Source: Stegostoma tigrinum (lineage: Eukaryota). From it: a DNA stretch of 64,000 nucleotides. The translations under genes were made by a program, and so were the position numbers. Of the stretch, positions 13,563-25,415 are shown in pieces (positions within the stretch are counted from its first letter, which is position 1; each line of letters opens with the position of its first letter). Below the pieces are notes generated by a model. It was not told the origin of the DNA and ran no database searches. It saw only the letters and a program-made list of their open reading frames with translations. The DNA lies in contig NC_081360.1 in assembly GCF_030684315.1 (NCBI RefSeq), positions 17,885,795-17,949,794 on the forward strand, in the 5' to 3' direction.

Positions 13563-13796
13563 GTAAGCCTCATGGGGTAAAGGGTGCAGTTTCTCATTGT
13601 TTGGTGCAGTTTCCACATCTGAAAGTTGGATATGCTTTACCAGAGAGAAAACAGAATACTTGGGATTAGTTTTCTTATGTCAGAAATGAGGAAGCCGGCT
13701 TTTAAAAATTTATCGACTATATTAGTGGTGAATTGGTCACTAATTTAAAGTGGAAGCGTCTGAGATGGAAGATAGGACTAACTGTTGTATAGACCA

Positions 13797-13916
13797 CAAA
13801 GTGTCGAGCTGGATGAACACAGCAGGCCGAGCAGCATCAGAGGAGCAGGAAGGCTAACGTTTTGGGCCGAGGCCCTTCTTCAGAAATTTCTGAAAAAGGT
13901 GTAGGCCTGAAACATC
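13797..13916. mobile_element. PLE terminus with back-to-back degraded hammerhead cores
   Basis: Palindrome ttcagaaatttctgaa centred at 13886/13887; cores at 13856-13883 (-) and 13890-13916 (+). Confidence 0.75.
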
Positions 13917-14044
13917 TCTGTAAACAGCACAAGGTTGCTTTTAAAAAGTTGAGTAACCCCTTTCACAATCCTTGATTTTTAATACAGATCTTTCCCTATT
14001 TGCACAATCAAAACAGAGAAAAACAAAAAAAATGGTCTTTACAA

Positions 14045-14226
14045 TGATAGTAGGAACTGCAGATGCTGGAGAATCTGTGATGACACGATTTCGAGCTGGA
14101 TGAACACAGCAGGCCAAGCCAAATCATTTTCTGAAGAAGGGTCGAGGCCCAAAACGTCAGCCTTCCTGCTCCTCTGATGCTGCTTGGCCTGCTGTGTTCA
14201 TCCAGCTCTACACCTTGCTATCTCAG
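14045..14226. mobile_element. Fold-back PLE terminus with + strand hammerhead core (G12A)
   Basis: Arms 14093-14119 and 14182-14208; CTGAAGA-A-GGGTC(GA)GGCCC-AAAAC-GTC at 14131-14158. Confidence 0.82.
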
Positions 14227-15901
14227 GGAGGTATTGATCTTGCCTTTGCAGGGAAAAAAGTACCTTCAGCCTTAAGAAAGCCAATTTACTTGCCCTCACC
14301 AGTTGTTGTAAGCTGTTGATTTTCACCCAATATGTCAGACACTCCATCATCACTCTATGTATTCTAAAGTTAGTGAAAATACCTCAAGAAAACAGATCGA
14401 GGAACAGCAAGTCCAGGCAAGTGAAAAGGCCCATCTCAGTGAACTGTGTGAACAGACACCCATTGAACTGCTTTCCTAGTATCTCCCTCGACCCAAACCA
14501 CAAATGCATTTTGTCTGTCTGTATGTGTTTCGGGGACAGTTTGACAGGACGGGTTGAGTAGAACGGTATGTCAACGGCTCATTGCTGTTTCTCTATAGCT
14601 AGTATCTATTTCTTTGTAATAACTAATACAGAAACCTAACCCATGCTTTCAGTCAACCTGGGTCTAAAAGGCAGGCAAATTAGGGAATTTTGCAGATTCA
14701 AATCTTTAACTTCTGTGATGACGCTAGGAATAATGGGGCTTGATTTCCAGCATCCTACCCCAGTGATATGTTGCATTATACTGTAATTAAGTAAATAATT
14801 TCAAAGAATACGAGCTGTTTATGTTGGATTATGCAAGCGGTAGCATATTCTTCTCATGGTTATCATTGACTGATCTATATTTATATTATTAACTTTTGAG
14901 ATTATTATAAGCAGTGAAAATTTCAAGAACCATATATTTCGGAAGACGTCCTCAGGGTTTAGACTAAAATGACAACATCAATGGCATACCAAACCCAGAA
15001 AGCAATGGAATTGGCGGTCTGGGGAACCCGAATCAATGGTGGAGTCCTTTACTGTGCACCAATTTCACTGACACTGAAAGACATCACTTTTATAATTGTG
15101 GAGTCTCGTTCTATCCTCTTTCCGCTATTGTTGGAGATTTTGTTTTAAAATTATTTGTGTCTCTTTAATCTTCCCCGCTTTCTGTCTCCTTATTTTGCTT
15201 TCGTGTCACGATTTTACATTGGAATCACTGTTGCAATTGACTTTTCGATCTAATTGATCAATGAAATCCACAATTGCTCATCCTCGACACACTGGTCACA
15301 AGAGTCCTGCAGTCACAGAAGGTGTCTGTTCAAAAGATCAAGCTATGTTTGATCACTGCTAACCTGAGCCATTTCAGAAACTTTTGAGTTTTGCTTTGAT
15401 TCTGGTAAATCTGAGTAAATAATGGTGATGATTTCTCACTAACAGCATATTAGTTGAGAATTTAGTAGCCAAACAGCTGTCCAGTGATATTGCAGAGTGT
15501 GAGTCAATTCTGGACAAATAAAACTTCATAATATCTCTGTTTCTGGGATTCCCCATTTCCATCTAGATGATCCATCATAAATTCATTTTGTGGAAGTTTG
15601 CATATATTTTTCAATGGAACTCTTGCAGATCAATTTTACAGGAATAGTTCCCATTAAGGGCAGGGGGGGCGCATTTGTTAATCTCATTATCATGAGAAGG
15701 AATCCAGAAATTAAGTACAAATCTTTCATACAGCATGGAGCTGGACTGTTTGCAGTATAAGGTCACTATGTTGAAATAAAAATGAAAATCAAAAGCAGCT
15801 CGGTAGATGTGTGCACCATTTTATCAAATTTCCTAATATTCTAAAGTAAGTAGACAAAATCTATACTTTATTGTTGTTTTCCCATTTTATTTCCGGTCCA
15901 G

Positions 15902-16097
15902 AATTTCACAAAGGCTGGAGAGCCAAATTCTGCACGGTGTGATTCTGTGAAATCCCTTGAGAAGAGAGGTTGTCAAAAAATGGAGATTATCAACCCACTA
16001 AACGACATGGAATTGCAAATGGACAAACCACTTGTTAATTCTCTAACTAATGTGATACAGATAAAACCACAGAAAGTTAAACTCTTTCTTCGACGAG
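15902..16097 (+). CDS. ITGB2: ITGB2 exon, PSI/hybrid (NFTKAGEPNSARCD...QIKPQKVKLFLRRG)
   Basis: ccag| acceptor, |gtaaac donor, 196 nt. Confidence 0.94.
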
Positions 16098-18583
16098 GTA
16101 AACTCTCTCGATACTTGGTACATCACAGTCCAAGCAGTTATCAGATGTTTATATTTGTCATGTATATGTATGTAATTAAAATCACACTGCTGAACAGTTC
16201 AAGGAAATTTATAGCCAATTCAGTATCCCTCAATAATCCTGTGCACTTCTAAGAGCTACACTAAGGAATACAAAAAAAATCAATGTGGAGAACAATGGCT
16301 GGTTCTTGGTTCCTTGGCTTTTTGTATTGTTTGTAAAAATGAGTTAAACTTGATTTTGCTCAGAATGTATTCACACACACAGAATAAAAATTGGACCAAT
16401 ACTGTTCTACAAGGTAGCTTGAATTTCTTGCGTTATGTTGCTGAGGAAGCAGAAAAGGAAAACAGATCAAACTGAAATGAATTAAATTTCTGTAGGCATA
16501 TTTGTGTTTTCTTGTATCAGCTTGCCCTACATCAGACTCCTCTGCATTGAATTGGGTTTGCTGTGTCTCATTGCACGTAATATGTCTTGATACCTTTACT
16601 AAGTGTCCTCACTGTCTGCAGTTGTGTTGATTAGATTAACCTCAATTAATGTGCATACTTGTAGTCAGCCTGAATTAAGGATCCACCTATTTCATCTGGA
16701 TGATCATAATTATCTTTGATCAGAATAGCTTTTCCTGGCATTATGCGCACATGAATCTGCTACTGGGTTTCCATAATGAATTCATCATATTTACATTGCA
16801 TGTAGATCATACACATTTCTCAAGCCTGTCTATTCTCAGGTCAGTAAGCAGATGGAGTGAAGTATGAGAGTCTAACTAATGTCCTCGAGAATCTCAAAAA
16901 TCAGGGTCTGGAACATCGCTATGAAGCTCTATCCTATTTCAGAACTGCTTTTAATCCAGCTCAGCAAATTCCTGTGGGAAGTGGTCAACCCGCACATACC
17001 TAAATTAAGTAGAAGCTTTTTGAGGGGATTATCTGCTTTATCAGTTCTGATATGAAGGAAGACACCCTATGTTGACGAACTGAAAGCACACAACAGCAGT
17101 GAAGAGGAGAATATTTCAGGGTGTCGGTGCCAGAATAGAGTCTTGTTTGATCCCAGTGGAAATCTTGAAGCCTTTGATGTTACATTATTGCTGACCTTAC
17201 CCATCACAGTGTCACAGAAAGGGGAGATCACAGTGAACAGTATCAGCAGGATGCTCGTTTTCTCCAGCAGCTTATATAGACTTCCTCTGCTCAGACGGTT
17301 GAAAGCTTTCAATGAGATCATTGAATGGGATATCTCATGGTCTCCTTTGTTCTCATGAAACTACTGGACTGAGAAGATCATGTCAATTGTAGATATTCCT
17401 TTTTAAAACCACGCCATAATTTGGAATAGATGTGTTCAGCTAAGATCTACAGTCTGCCAAACACAAAATGAACGAATGTTTTTCTTTTAATCCTTAGTAT
17501 GTGAATGTTTTGATTGCTTTACAATCACCTGAAGTCACTGTTGTCCTTGGACAGGCTCAACACCTTTGTGCAATACAATATCATCACGCTTTTACTGTTG
17601 TGGTGTCAAATTCCTGGATCTCCCTTTCTAATAGCCCTGTCAGTGTGCCAACACCATAAAGCAGTGTTTCCAAAACTTTTTTCACCACTGTTACCCCATT
17701 TTGAAGCTTGAAACCTGCTGTGATCCCTTGTTAAGTGGTGGAGGTGGTGTCGGGGTGGAGGAGGAGACCTAAGGCAACAGGTACTAGGAACCAGCCATTG
17801 CTGCAGCAGAGTTCAAAACACCAAAATATCAGTTCGCGACTCCACTTAGTGCCCCAAAGCTCCCCCTCCCGGGAAACCCTGCCCTTACAATTGTGGCAAT
17901 TCAAGAAGGAGGCTCACAACCTTCTCAAAGGTAATTAAAGATGGGGAAGAAACACTGGCCTAGCCAGAAGCGCCTACATCCCATGGACAAATAAAGAAAA
18001 ATGATGGCCACAAATCCAAAGATTTTCTGAATGGTGTCTAGCTACTGAGTCACAACTTGTTGGGCATCCATTCATCTGTTGCAAGGACTTGAGCTAATGA
18101 GATGTGAAATTAGCAAACATCAGCACAGACAACTGAGAGACAAATTATAGAATCCCTACAGTGTGAAACAGGCCCTTCGGCCCAACAAGTCCACACCAAT
18201 ACTCGGAGCATCCCACCCAGAACCATTCCCCATAACCCACTTAAACTACACATCCCTTAACACTATGGGCAATTTAGCATGGCCAACCCACCCAGCCTGC
18301 ACGTCTCCAGTACTTTTTGTTTTCAATGCAGAGCCCAGCATTGGCAGTAATTTGCTCTAACCTCACAAAGAGGATATTTTTGGTGATGAGCAGTTGATTT
18401 TCCCTGTGGGGTAGACTTCAGTTTATCATGATCAGTAAATAACTCAAATGCTCTTTTGCCTATGGTATTGAAATAAGATGAATGACTTCAGACGTGAAGT
18501 GGAGGGAAAATGTTGGAATGAAATTATTAAGTTGCAGTTATTTGTTTCTGATTCCTTAATAAATATGTGGTCTTGCAATTTAG

Positions 18584-18754
18584 GCAGTCCACAGAAAATC
18601 GAAGTGAAGTTTAAGCGTGCTGAAGGTTACCCTGTGGACTTATACTACCTCATGGACCTGTCCTACTCCATGAAAGATGATCTGGAGAATGTGAAGAGAC
18701 TGGGAGGAAAGCTTCTGGAAGCACTGACGAGTATTACAAAGTCCAGCAAAATTG
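18584..18754 (+). CDS. ITGB2: ITGB2 exon, betaI MIDAS ([23 protein letters not shown])
   Basis: ttag| and |gtgagc, 171 nt; DxSxS MIDAS plus ADMIDAS DD. Confidence 0.96.
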
Positions 18755-19519
18755 GTGAGCCAACCATTTTCCATATTGCTTCTTGTGGATCAACAAGACC
18801 CACAACTTGTACAATCACATAACTTCAAAATCTGGGCATTGTTTCTCATAATCTCGATGCAGTCAGTCAGTTTGCTGTAGATGGGATGTGTTGTGTTTTA
18901 TTCCGTGAGGGATTGGGGAGAGCTGAAATTGTGAAGGAGAGCAAGTGTCCATTGAGACCTTTCTTTTTAAGGGGGTGTTATTGGTGTGAGTTTGTATCCA
19001 GTAGGGTATTTTAACTGCTACTGTAATTCCTCTGTTAGTTACCATAATATAAGACACTGGGCCTGGAATATCATGATACTGAGGAAACTAACTGAAATTA
19101 TTACAACTATTATGGAGCAACATGACATCTCTTGGACACATAATTGTCTTGGTGAATTTTAACTTCAAGAGAAGAATATACTTAGAGTGTCATGTTTCAA
19201 GTGAGCTGAGATGAGAGAGTATAAGATCTTTATACCCTTAGGACACATGCTATGATACAGTTATGATATTGTGAGAACGTTACTTAAAGGTATACTGATA
19301 TACCGTGTTTCTTAAATGTACACTGACATTTTGACCTTGAAATATAGGACCAGCAAGCTCAGCTTCTTGACACATAAAAAGTGTCCTTTCTCCTGTATTT
19401 AGAAAGGAGATTCGTGTTTAGTATTTAGAAAGGTAGGAAGAATGGACTCAAACATTCCTGAATGAAAACATAACTGATTACTGAATACTTCAAGAAAACA
19501 AACAAGTGGCTTGAAAATA

Positions 19520-20460
19520 AAATATAGTTAAATGACAGCCTATGATTATTAAATGATAAGATTCTAAAGGAGTATAGAAGCTGAGGTACCCGGTGCTATA
19601 TGTGCTCAATTTGAGAAAGTGGTTAACAAAGGCTATGCGATCTTGCAATTTTTAAAGAGATGACATGGAATACAAAAGCTAGGAAGTCACGATAAATCTG
19701 TGCAAAGCGCTAGTTAATTGTCTTCATCTGGAACACTGAGTCCAGTTCTGGACTCCACATGTTATGAAGACATTAGAAAGGGTGAAGAAAAGATGCATGA
19801 GAATGTTTCTGAGAATGGGAAGCATGAGCTACATGGATAGATTGAAGAAAAAAGTTGTTCTTAGGTGAGAAGATCAAGAGGAGATTTGAGAAGAAATTCA
19901 GAGTCACGAGAGGTCGAGAGAAAGTAGAAAGGGAATAAAATATTCCTGGTGGTAGTAGGATGGAAAACCAGAGGAACCAGAATGATGTTGTTTGGTAAAA
20001 GCAGCAGCAGCTCAATGAGAAACTTTTTTTTAATGCAGCAAGTGGTTTTGGAATGCACTGCCTGAAAGTGTGGTTGAGAAAGAATCACTCGAGGCATTCA
20101 AAAGCAATTGGTTGTTGTTAGAATAGTAATGAGAATGTGGAATTTGTTACCACTGGGAGTAGTTGAAGCAAATAACATGGATGCATTTCTCAGGAAGCTG
20201 GACAAGTTTTCTCTTGTCAAGTAATCTAGAACAGTTGGTGGGGGGGACACATTTTCAAGATAAGGGTTCTCCCATTTCAGACAGCGATGATGAGGAGTTT
20301 TGTCTCTTGGAGGGTAGCTGGTGTCGAGTATTTTCTCCCACAGAAAGCATTGAAGGCTGGGTCACCGAATACATTCAAAGCTGAGTTAGGAAGGTTTGTG
20401 ATTGAAAAGTGAGTCAAGGGTTCTGGGGAACAAGCAGGAAAGTGGAGTTGAGAACACGTC
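19520..20460 (+). mobile_element. Old CR1 fragments
   Basis: Decayed CR1 ORF2 3' signatures (ctggaacactgagtccagttctgg...). Confidence 0.6.
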
Positions 20461-20985
20461 AAATTTAGGGAATTTCCTTTCGGGAAGGAAATCTGCCATC
20501 CTTACCCGGTCTGGCCGATATGTGACTCCAGACCCACAGCAATGTGGTTGACTCTGCACTGCCCCCTGGGCATTTAAGGATGGGCAATAAATGCTGCCTA
20601 GCCAGTGACTCGTTCATCCCTTGAATGAATAAAGAAGAAAAAAAATTACCTAATTGGCTGGTGGAGCAAGTCCAAAGGGCTAAATGGTCTTAACCTGTTT
20701 GTATTTACTTGTGTTTTTGTGTGAGTATCTAACAGAGAAAGAAATCAAAGAGTATGTTGATAGGATTAAATCAAATGTGATTGGAGGAGAATTGTATGGA
20801 GCAAATTCACTGGCTTAGCCTAGAGCAGTCCAATGGCCTATTCTGATCTGTAAAATGGTTAATAACTAGCTTCAACATTCCAGGACTTGACGTGATTGCT
20901 CCTAGTTACTTGCCCATGTGGAATCAATCACTAGCCAGCTCCATTCAAATAGTAAACCAGTCAAACTGCTTTTATTTCCTTGCAG

Positions 20986-21227
20986 GATTTGGTTCCTTTG
21001 TGGACAAGACAGTCCTGCCATTTGTCAATACGCATCCGGAGAAGATGAAAAATCCATGCCCAACTAAAAATGAGGCGTGTCAGCGTCCCTTTAATTTTCG
21101 GCATGTTCTGAAGTTAACAGATGATTCGAATCTATTCACTTCTGAAGTTGGGAAGCAATCTATTTCAGGGAACCTGGATCCACCAGAGGCCGGACTAGAT
21201 GCCATGATGCAAGCGGCAGTGTGCGTG
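20986..21227 (+). CDS. ITGB2: ITGB2 exon, betaI ([13 protein letters not shown]...[21 protein letters not shown])
   Basis: tgcag| and |gtaagt, 242 nt. Confidence 0.96.
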
Positions 21228-21629
21228 GTAAGTTTGTATTTGTCAGACTTACGACTCAGTGGCTGGTAAAGTGTGTCCAAGTTTCCGCATTCATCAGCTT
21301 TCCCGGTCAGTTTTCCCACAACTGTTCCTGCCCGTCTTATTGGCAACACCACTAACAAAAGTACTGAACCATTCCCTTCCTATCACTAGAAATAATTACT
21401 CCAATGTTGGCCTCTTTCATAGTCTTGGCTTGAATGACAAAACAAAAATTAACCATTTCAGTATACCTTTTAATAGTAATCAAAACGTTCATCCACTGTT
21501 TCTGTGCAAAGATGCACATATTGTAAAAATTCAAAGTGCAAATTAAGAGAGCGTGGTGGACCATGGACAAGTCCCTCTTCAAAATAATTCCCGAGGCACC
21601 TTTATCAAACATGAAATGCTTGATTAAAA

Positions 21630-21756
21630 GCAAAATACTGTAAATGCTGGAAATCTGAAACAAAAACAGAAACTGCTAGAGAAATCTGTCTGGCGACATC
21701 TATGGAGACAAAAGCAGAGCTCATGTTTCGAGTCCAGTATGACTTCTTCAGAATCT
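21630..21756 (-). mobile_element. PLE-terminus fragment with degraded hammerhead core
   Basis: Minus strand CTGAAGA-AGTC(ATACTG)GACT-C-GAAAC-ATG at 21722-21751. Confidence 0.6.
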
Positions 21757-22000
21757 GGGCTTAATAGATGACTCCTGTCTCCAGGGCTCAACTGTGGAAA
21801 ATGCAGTTCTTGTTTTGCAGCCGTATTAGAATCATGGAATTCTGAAAGTGCCCATTCATTCCTTCAAGTCTGCACCAACATTCTGAACAACATTCTACTC
21901 AGGTGCAGCCTCCTGCCAATACCCTGCATTAACCATGGCTAACCCACCTAGCCTGAACACTGTGGGTAATTTAGCACAGCCAAGCTGCTTATCTTTGGAT

Positions 22001-22307
22001 TAGAATCATAGAATCCCTACAGTGTCGAAACAGGCCCTTTAACCAAACAAGTCCACACCAACCCTTGGACCATCCCACCCAGACCCATCCCCCTATAACC
22101 CACCACGTCTACACATTCCTGAATGCTACAGGCAATTTCCCATGGCCAATCCACCTAGCCTGCACATCTTTGGACTGTGGGAGCAAACCCACGCAGACGC
22201 GGGGAGAATGTGCAAACTCCACACAGACAGTCACCCGAGGCTGGGATCGAACCCAGGTCCCTGGCGCTGTGAGGCTGCAGTGCTAACCACTGAGCCACCG
22301 TGCCACC
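22001..22307 (-). mobile_element. HE1-like V-SINE, near full length (partial copies at about 21826-22000 and 18147-18305)
   Basis: Minus strand A box TGGCTCAGTGG, B box GGTTCGATCC, V-domain gtgtggagtttgcacattctcccc, CR1-type attctatg tail. Confidence 0.85.
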
Positions 22308-22672
22308 AACTTTTGGGTGAGATATTGGCAGGTATTTTATTTAGGCCTTTGGGTGCCCTGCTGGAAAATAGGAAGGAGAGTTTGATTCAGGTGGAGTTGT
22401 CAGTGGGAGTGTATTATTTCACTGGCTATCTGGTCACTGAAACAATAACACAAGGAACATCTCTTACCCTGTCCCTAGTCACTCGTTCTGTATTTGTTTC
22501 TCAGTTTGAGCTGAATGTTGTGCGTTGGAAGAAAACTCGATTTGAAACATCAATTCTGAAAATGTACAAATAAATTAGCAGAACTTTAAAATCTTCGAAA
22601 GACTTTGACAGCGTAGCAGCTTTATATATTTCATGTGCAACTACTTAGAACTAGTAACGTTGCTTCCCACAG

Positions 22673-22831
22673 GACCAGATAGGATGGCGCAATGTCACAC
22701 GCCTTCTTGTATACACTTCAGATGATGGATTTCATTTTGCTGGAGATGGGAAACTTGGAGCAATTCTGACCCCTAATGATGGCAAATGCCATCTTGACAG
22801 AGATGGTTTTTATGCAGATAACACTAAATAT
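22673..22831 (+). CDS. ITGB2: ITGB2 exon, betaI ([41 protein letters not shown])
   Basis: cacag| and |gtgagt, 159 nt. Confidence 0.96.
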
Positions 22832-23319
22832 GTGAGTATAACTCTCCTATTCATTGCTTGTATAAGCAAAATCTCCTGAATCAACAGCAGTATAGCGTAA
22901 AGGGTCTGCTCTTGAAAGTAACTGACCAGATTGACAGCAGAGCAATACCTGTGTTGCTTGTGTTTCCTTTTGCTTTGTACCACATGGACGTTTTGAGAGG
23001 GAGGGTTCAGTGGCAAGCTGCTGTCTGGCTTTTGTTTGTACTTTCACCGGAGATGCTTTGCGCAGGGGCAAAGGGCAGGGGGCAGGGCTAAAACAGGGCG
23101 AGGAGCAAAAATAACTTTGATCCCACCGAACTACAGAATGAACATTGGATCCAGTTAAAGAACTGCATGTTTTCCAGACCTACTGCTTTGCTGCGTACAT
23201 ATGCATATAATTAACGTGGTCTTTTCAAATTCATAATGACCCCCTCCACTGCTTGAGTAATGCTGGATACGAGAAATACACTGATGGTGGAAGGATTTCA
23301 CATTGAACAAAAGCGTTCT

Positions 23320-24310
23320 AAAATAAAGTATGCCACTGGGCCATAGTAAGAGAATCAGGTGAGGTCAATGACATGAAAAGCTTGACCAAAGAGTTGGGTT
23401 TGAAGGAGTGTCTTATCTCGGCAAAGTGAGCTAGAAATATGTAGTACAGGCCTTAGAACCTAAGCAATTGAAGACATAGCCTGCATTGGGAGGCCAGAGT
23501 TAGCGAGATATGGATTGTAGGGTTGAGGGTGATATTATGGAGTAGGGAGGGTTGAGACCATGGAAGGATTTGAAAACAAGGATGAGAATATTAAACTCAA
23601 AATGTTGTTTCACTGACAGCTAGTATGGGTCAACAAACACAGGAGTAATGGGAGAACGGACCTTGTTTTGAGTTAAGTGCCAGGAACTGGATTTTTGGAT
23701 GACTTTAAAATTACAGGGGGTAATGCCTTTGAGACCAATCAACAGTGTATTGGAATAAACAAGGCTCAAGGGAGCACCAAGAGCGTGGCTGAGAAATTCA
23801 GCAGCGGATGAACTAAGAGAGGGCAGAAGTCAGGTGATGTTTCAGAGATGCAAATGGGCCATTTTAGCAATGTCACGAATCTCAAGACCAAGTATCACTC
23901 CAAAGTTATGAAAAGGCTGACTTAATCTCAGAGCCAAAATGTGGGTTGGAGTTGGTAGCTAAAAAACGGAACCTGGAGCAGGCATTGGAAACAATGGCTT
24001 CATTCTTCCCAATGATTAAATGGATTAAAATTCTGCTTGGTGTCAGGAAAGAGATTGATAACTCCAAGAATGGTGGAGGCAAGGTTGTGAGGTAGAGCTG
24101 GGTCATCAACATCTATTTGAGAACTAACACTACGCCTTCAGATGATGTTGCTGACGGGCAGCATTTAGATTAGAACTAGGAAGGACCAAGCATCAATCCT
24201 TCGGGAATACCAGGGATGATGGTATGGGAGCCAGAAGAGAAGCCATGTGATTTGCTGGCTATGGTTAGAAGTTAGATTGGAACCAGGAGTAAATGCAGTT
24301 ATGTCCACAC
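23320..24310 (-). mobile_element. Old L2 LINE fragment
   Basis: ADD-like RT remnant (MLMTQLYLTT) and L2-like 3' sequence. Confidence 0.55.
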
Positions 24311-24951
24311 AATGGCTTTTGAGCCAAAAGATGGGGACATAAACAGAAAAGGATGCTGATGATGGAGAATCAATAAAACACCGCAGCCGCTGCTTCAGCC
24401 ACAAACTTCAGAAAATGGGATAAAGATTCACTCGATGCCAAACGGAGGAAGCATGTTAAGGAAAACTATGCCTTATTTCTATCATCACAGCAAAAACCTT
24501 TCTATTTCTGTTCCCAATGGAGCTGAAGCTTTAAAAATCAGATAGGAATATATTCTTGTGAGGAGGACGTATCATTGATGTTAAAGCACTTTTTTCACCA
24601 ATGAAGAAATTGATGTTGCTGATAGGATTGTTGGCGTTGAATTTTCATTGGCCTTTAGTTTACAATTCTGTCCATTAGACATGGAAGGAAACAGATGGCC
24701 CTGAAATAGATGGCTTAAATTTTGAACCAAAAACTGATGGTGATGAAAATCTGATGTTCCCCAAGATTGGTTTTATAGCTGAACGGCAAGTTAAAAAGTT
24801 ATTTCAGTGCGGCTTCATTTGGTAACAGTGAAAAGGTCCATGATTTGTTCAGATAACAGAATCGCTCGGGTGAATGCTGGACAAATTATGTTAATTTGTC
24901 CTTATTTGATGTAACATTTGTTTTTTTTTCTCTCTGTCGTCTCTTTCCCAG

Positions 24952-25047
24952 GACTATCCCTCTGTTGCCGAGTTAGCTTTGAAGTTGGCTGAAAATAACA
25001 TTCAACCCATTTTTGCAGTCACAGGAAAAATAATGCCAGTATACCGG
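24952..25047 (+). CDS. ITGB2: ITGB2 exon ([32 protein letters not shown])
   Basis: long pyrimidine tract with cccag|, |gtaatt donor, 96 nt. Confidence 0.95.
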
Positions 25048-25189
25048 GTAATTATTTATGGCTAATGTCAACTTGTCTGATAGCTATTCTCAAAATAAGG
25101 CTCATGTGCCAGAAACCAGTCAAAGAATCAGCCAATTACCCATTCACAGAACTATCCAGCTATGCGCTAAATGATACCATTTCACTTGG

Positions 25190-25415
25190 GGTTGGTTAGT
25201 TCAGGTGGCTGGATGGCTGGTTTACAGTGCAGAGTGATGCCAACAGCCTGGGTTCAATTCCCACACTGGCTGAGGTTACCATGAAGGACTGCCTTTGTCA
25301 TTCTCTCCCCTTGTCTGAGGCGTGGTGATGCTCAGATTAAACCACCACCAGTCATCTTTGTCCGATGAGAGACCAGTCCCATGATCCTCTGAGAATATGG
25401 AGACTTTGCCTTTAC
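25190..25415 (+). mobile_element. tRNA-derived SINE, family unassigned
   Basis: A-box-like tagttcaggtgg and B box ggttcaattcc. Confidence 0.55.

Noticed and set aside
17143-17358. AFDVTLLL and a downstream GSPL-like segment as an ancient PLE RT remnant
   Set aside because: Similarity too weak to support without a profile search
22240-22307. tRNA gene
   Set aside because: The A and B boxes belong to the SINE head and run into the V-domain
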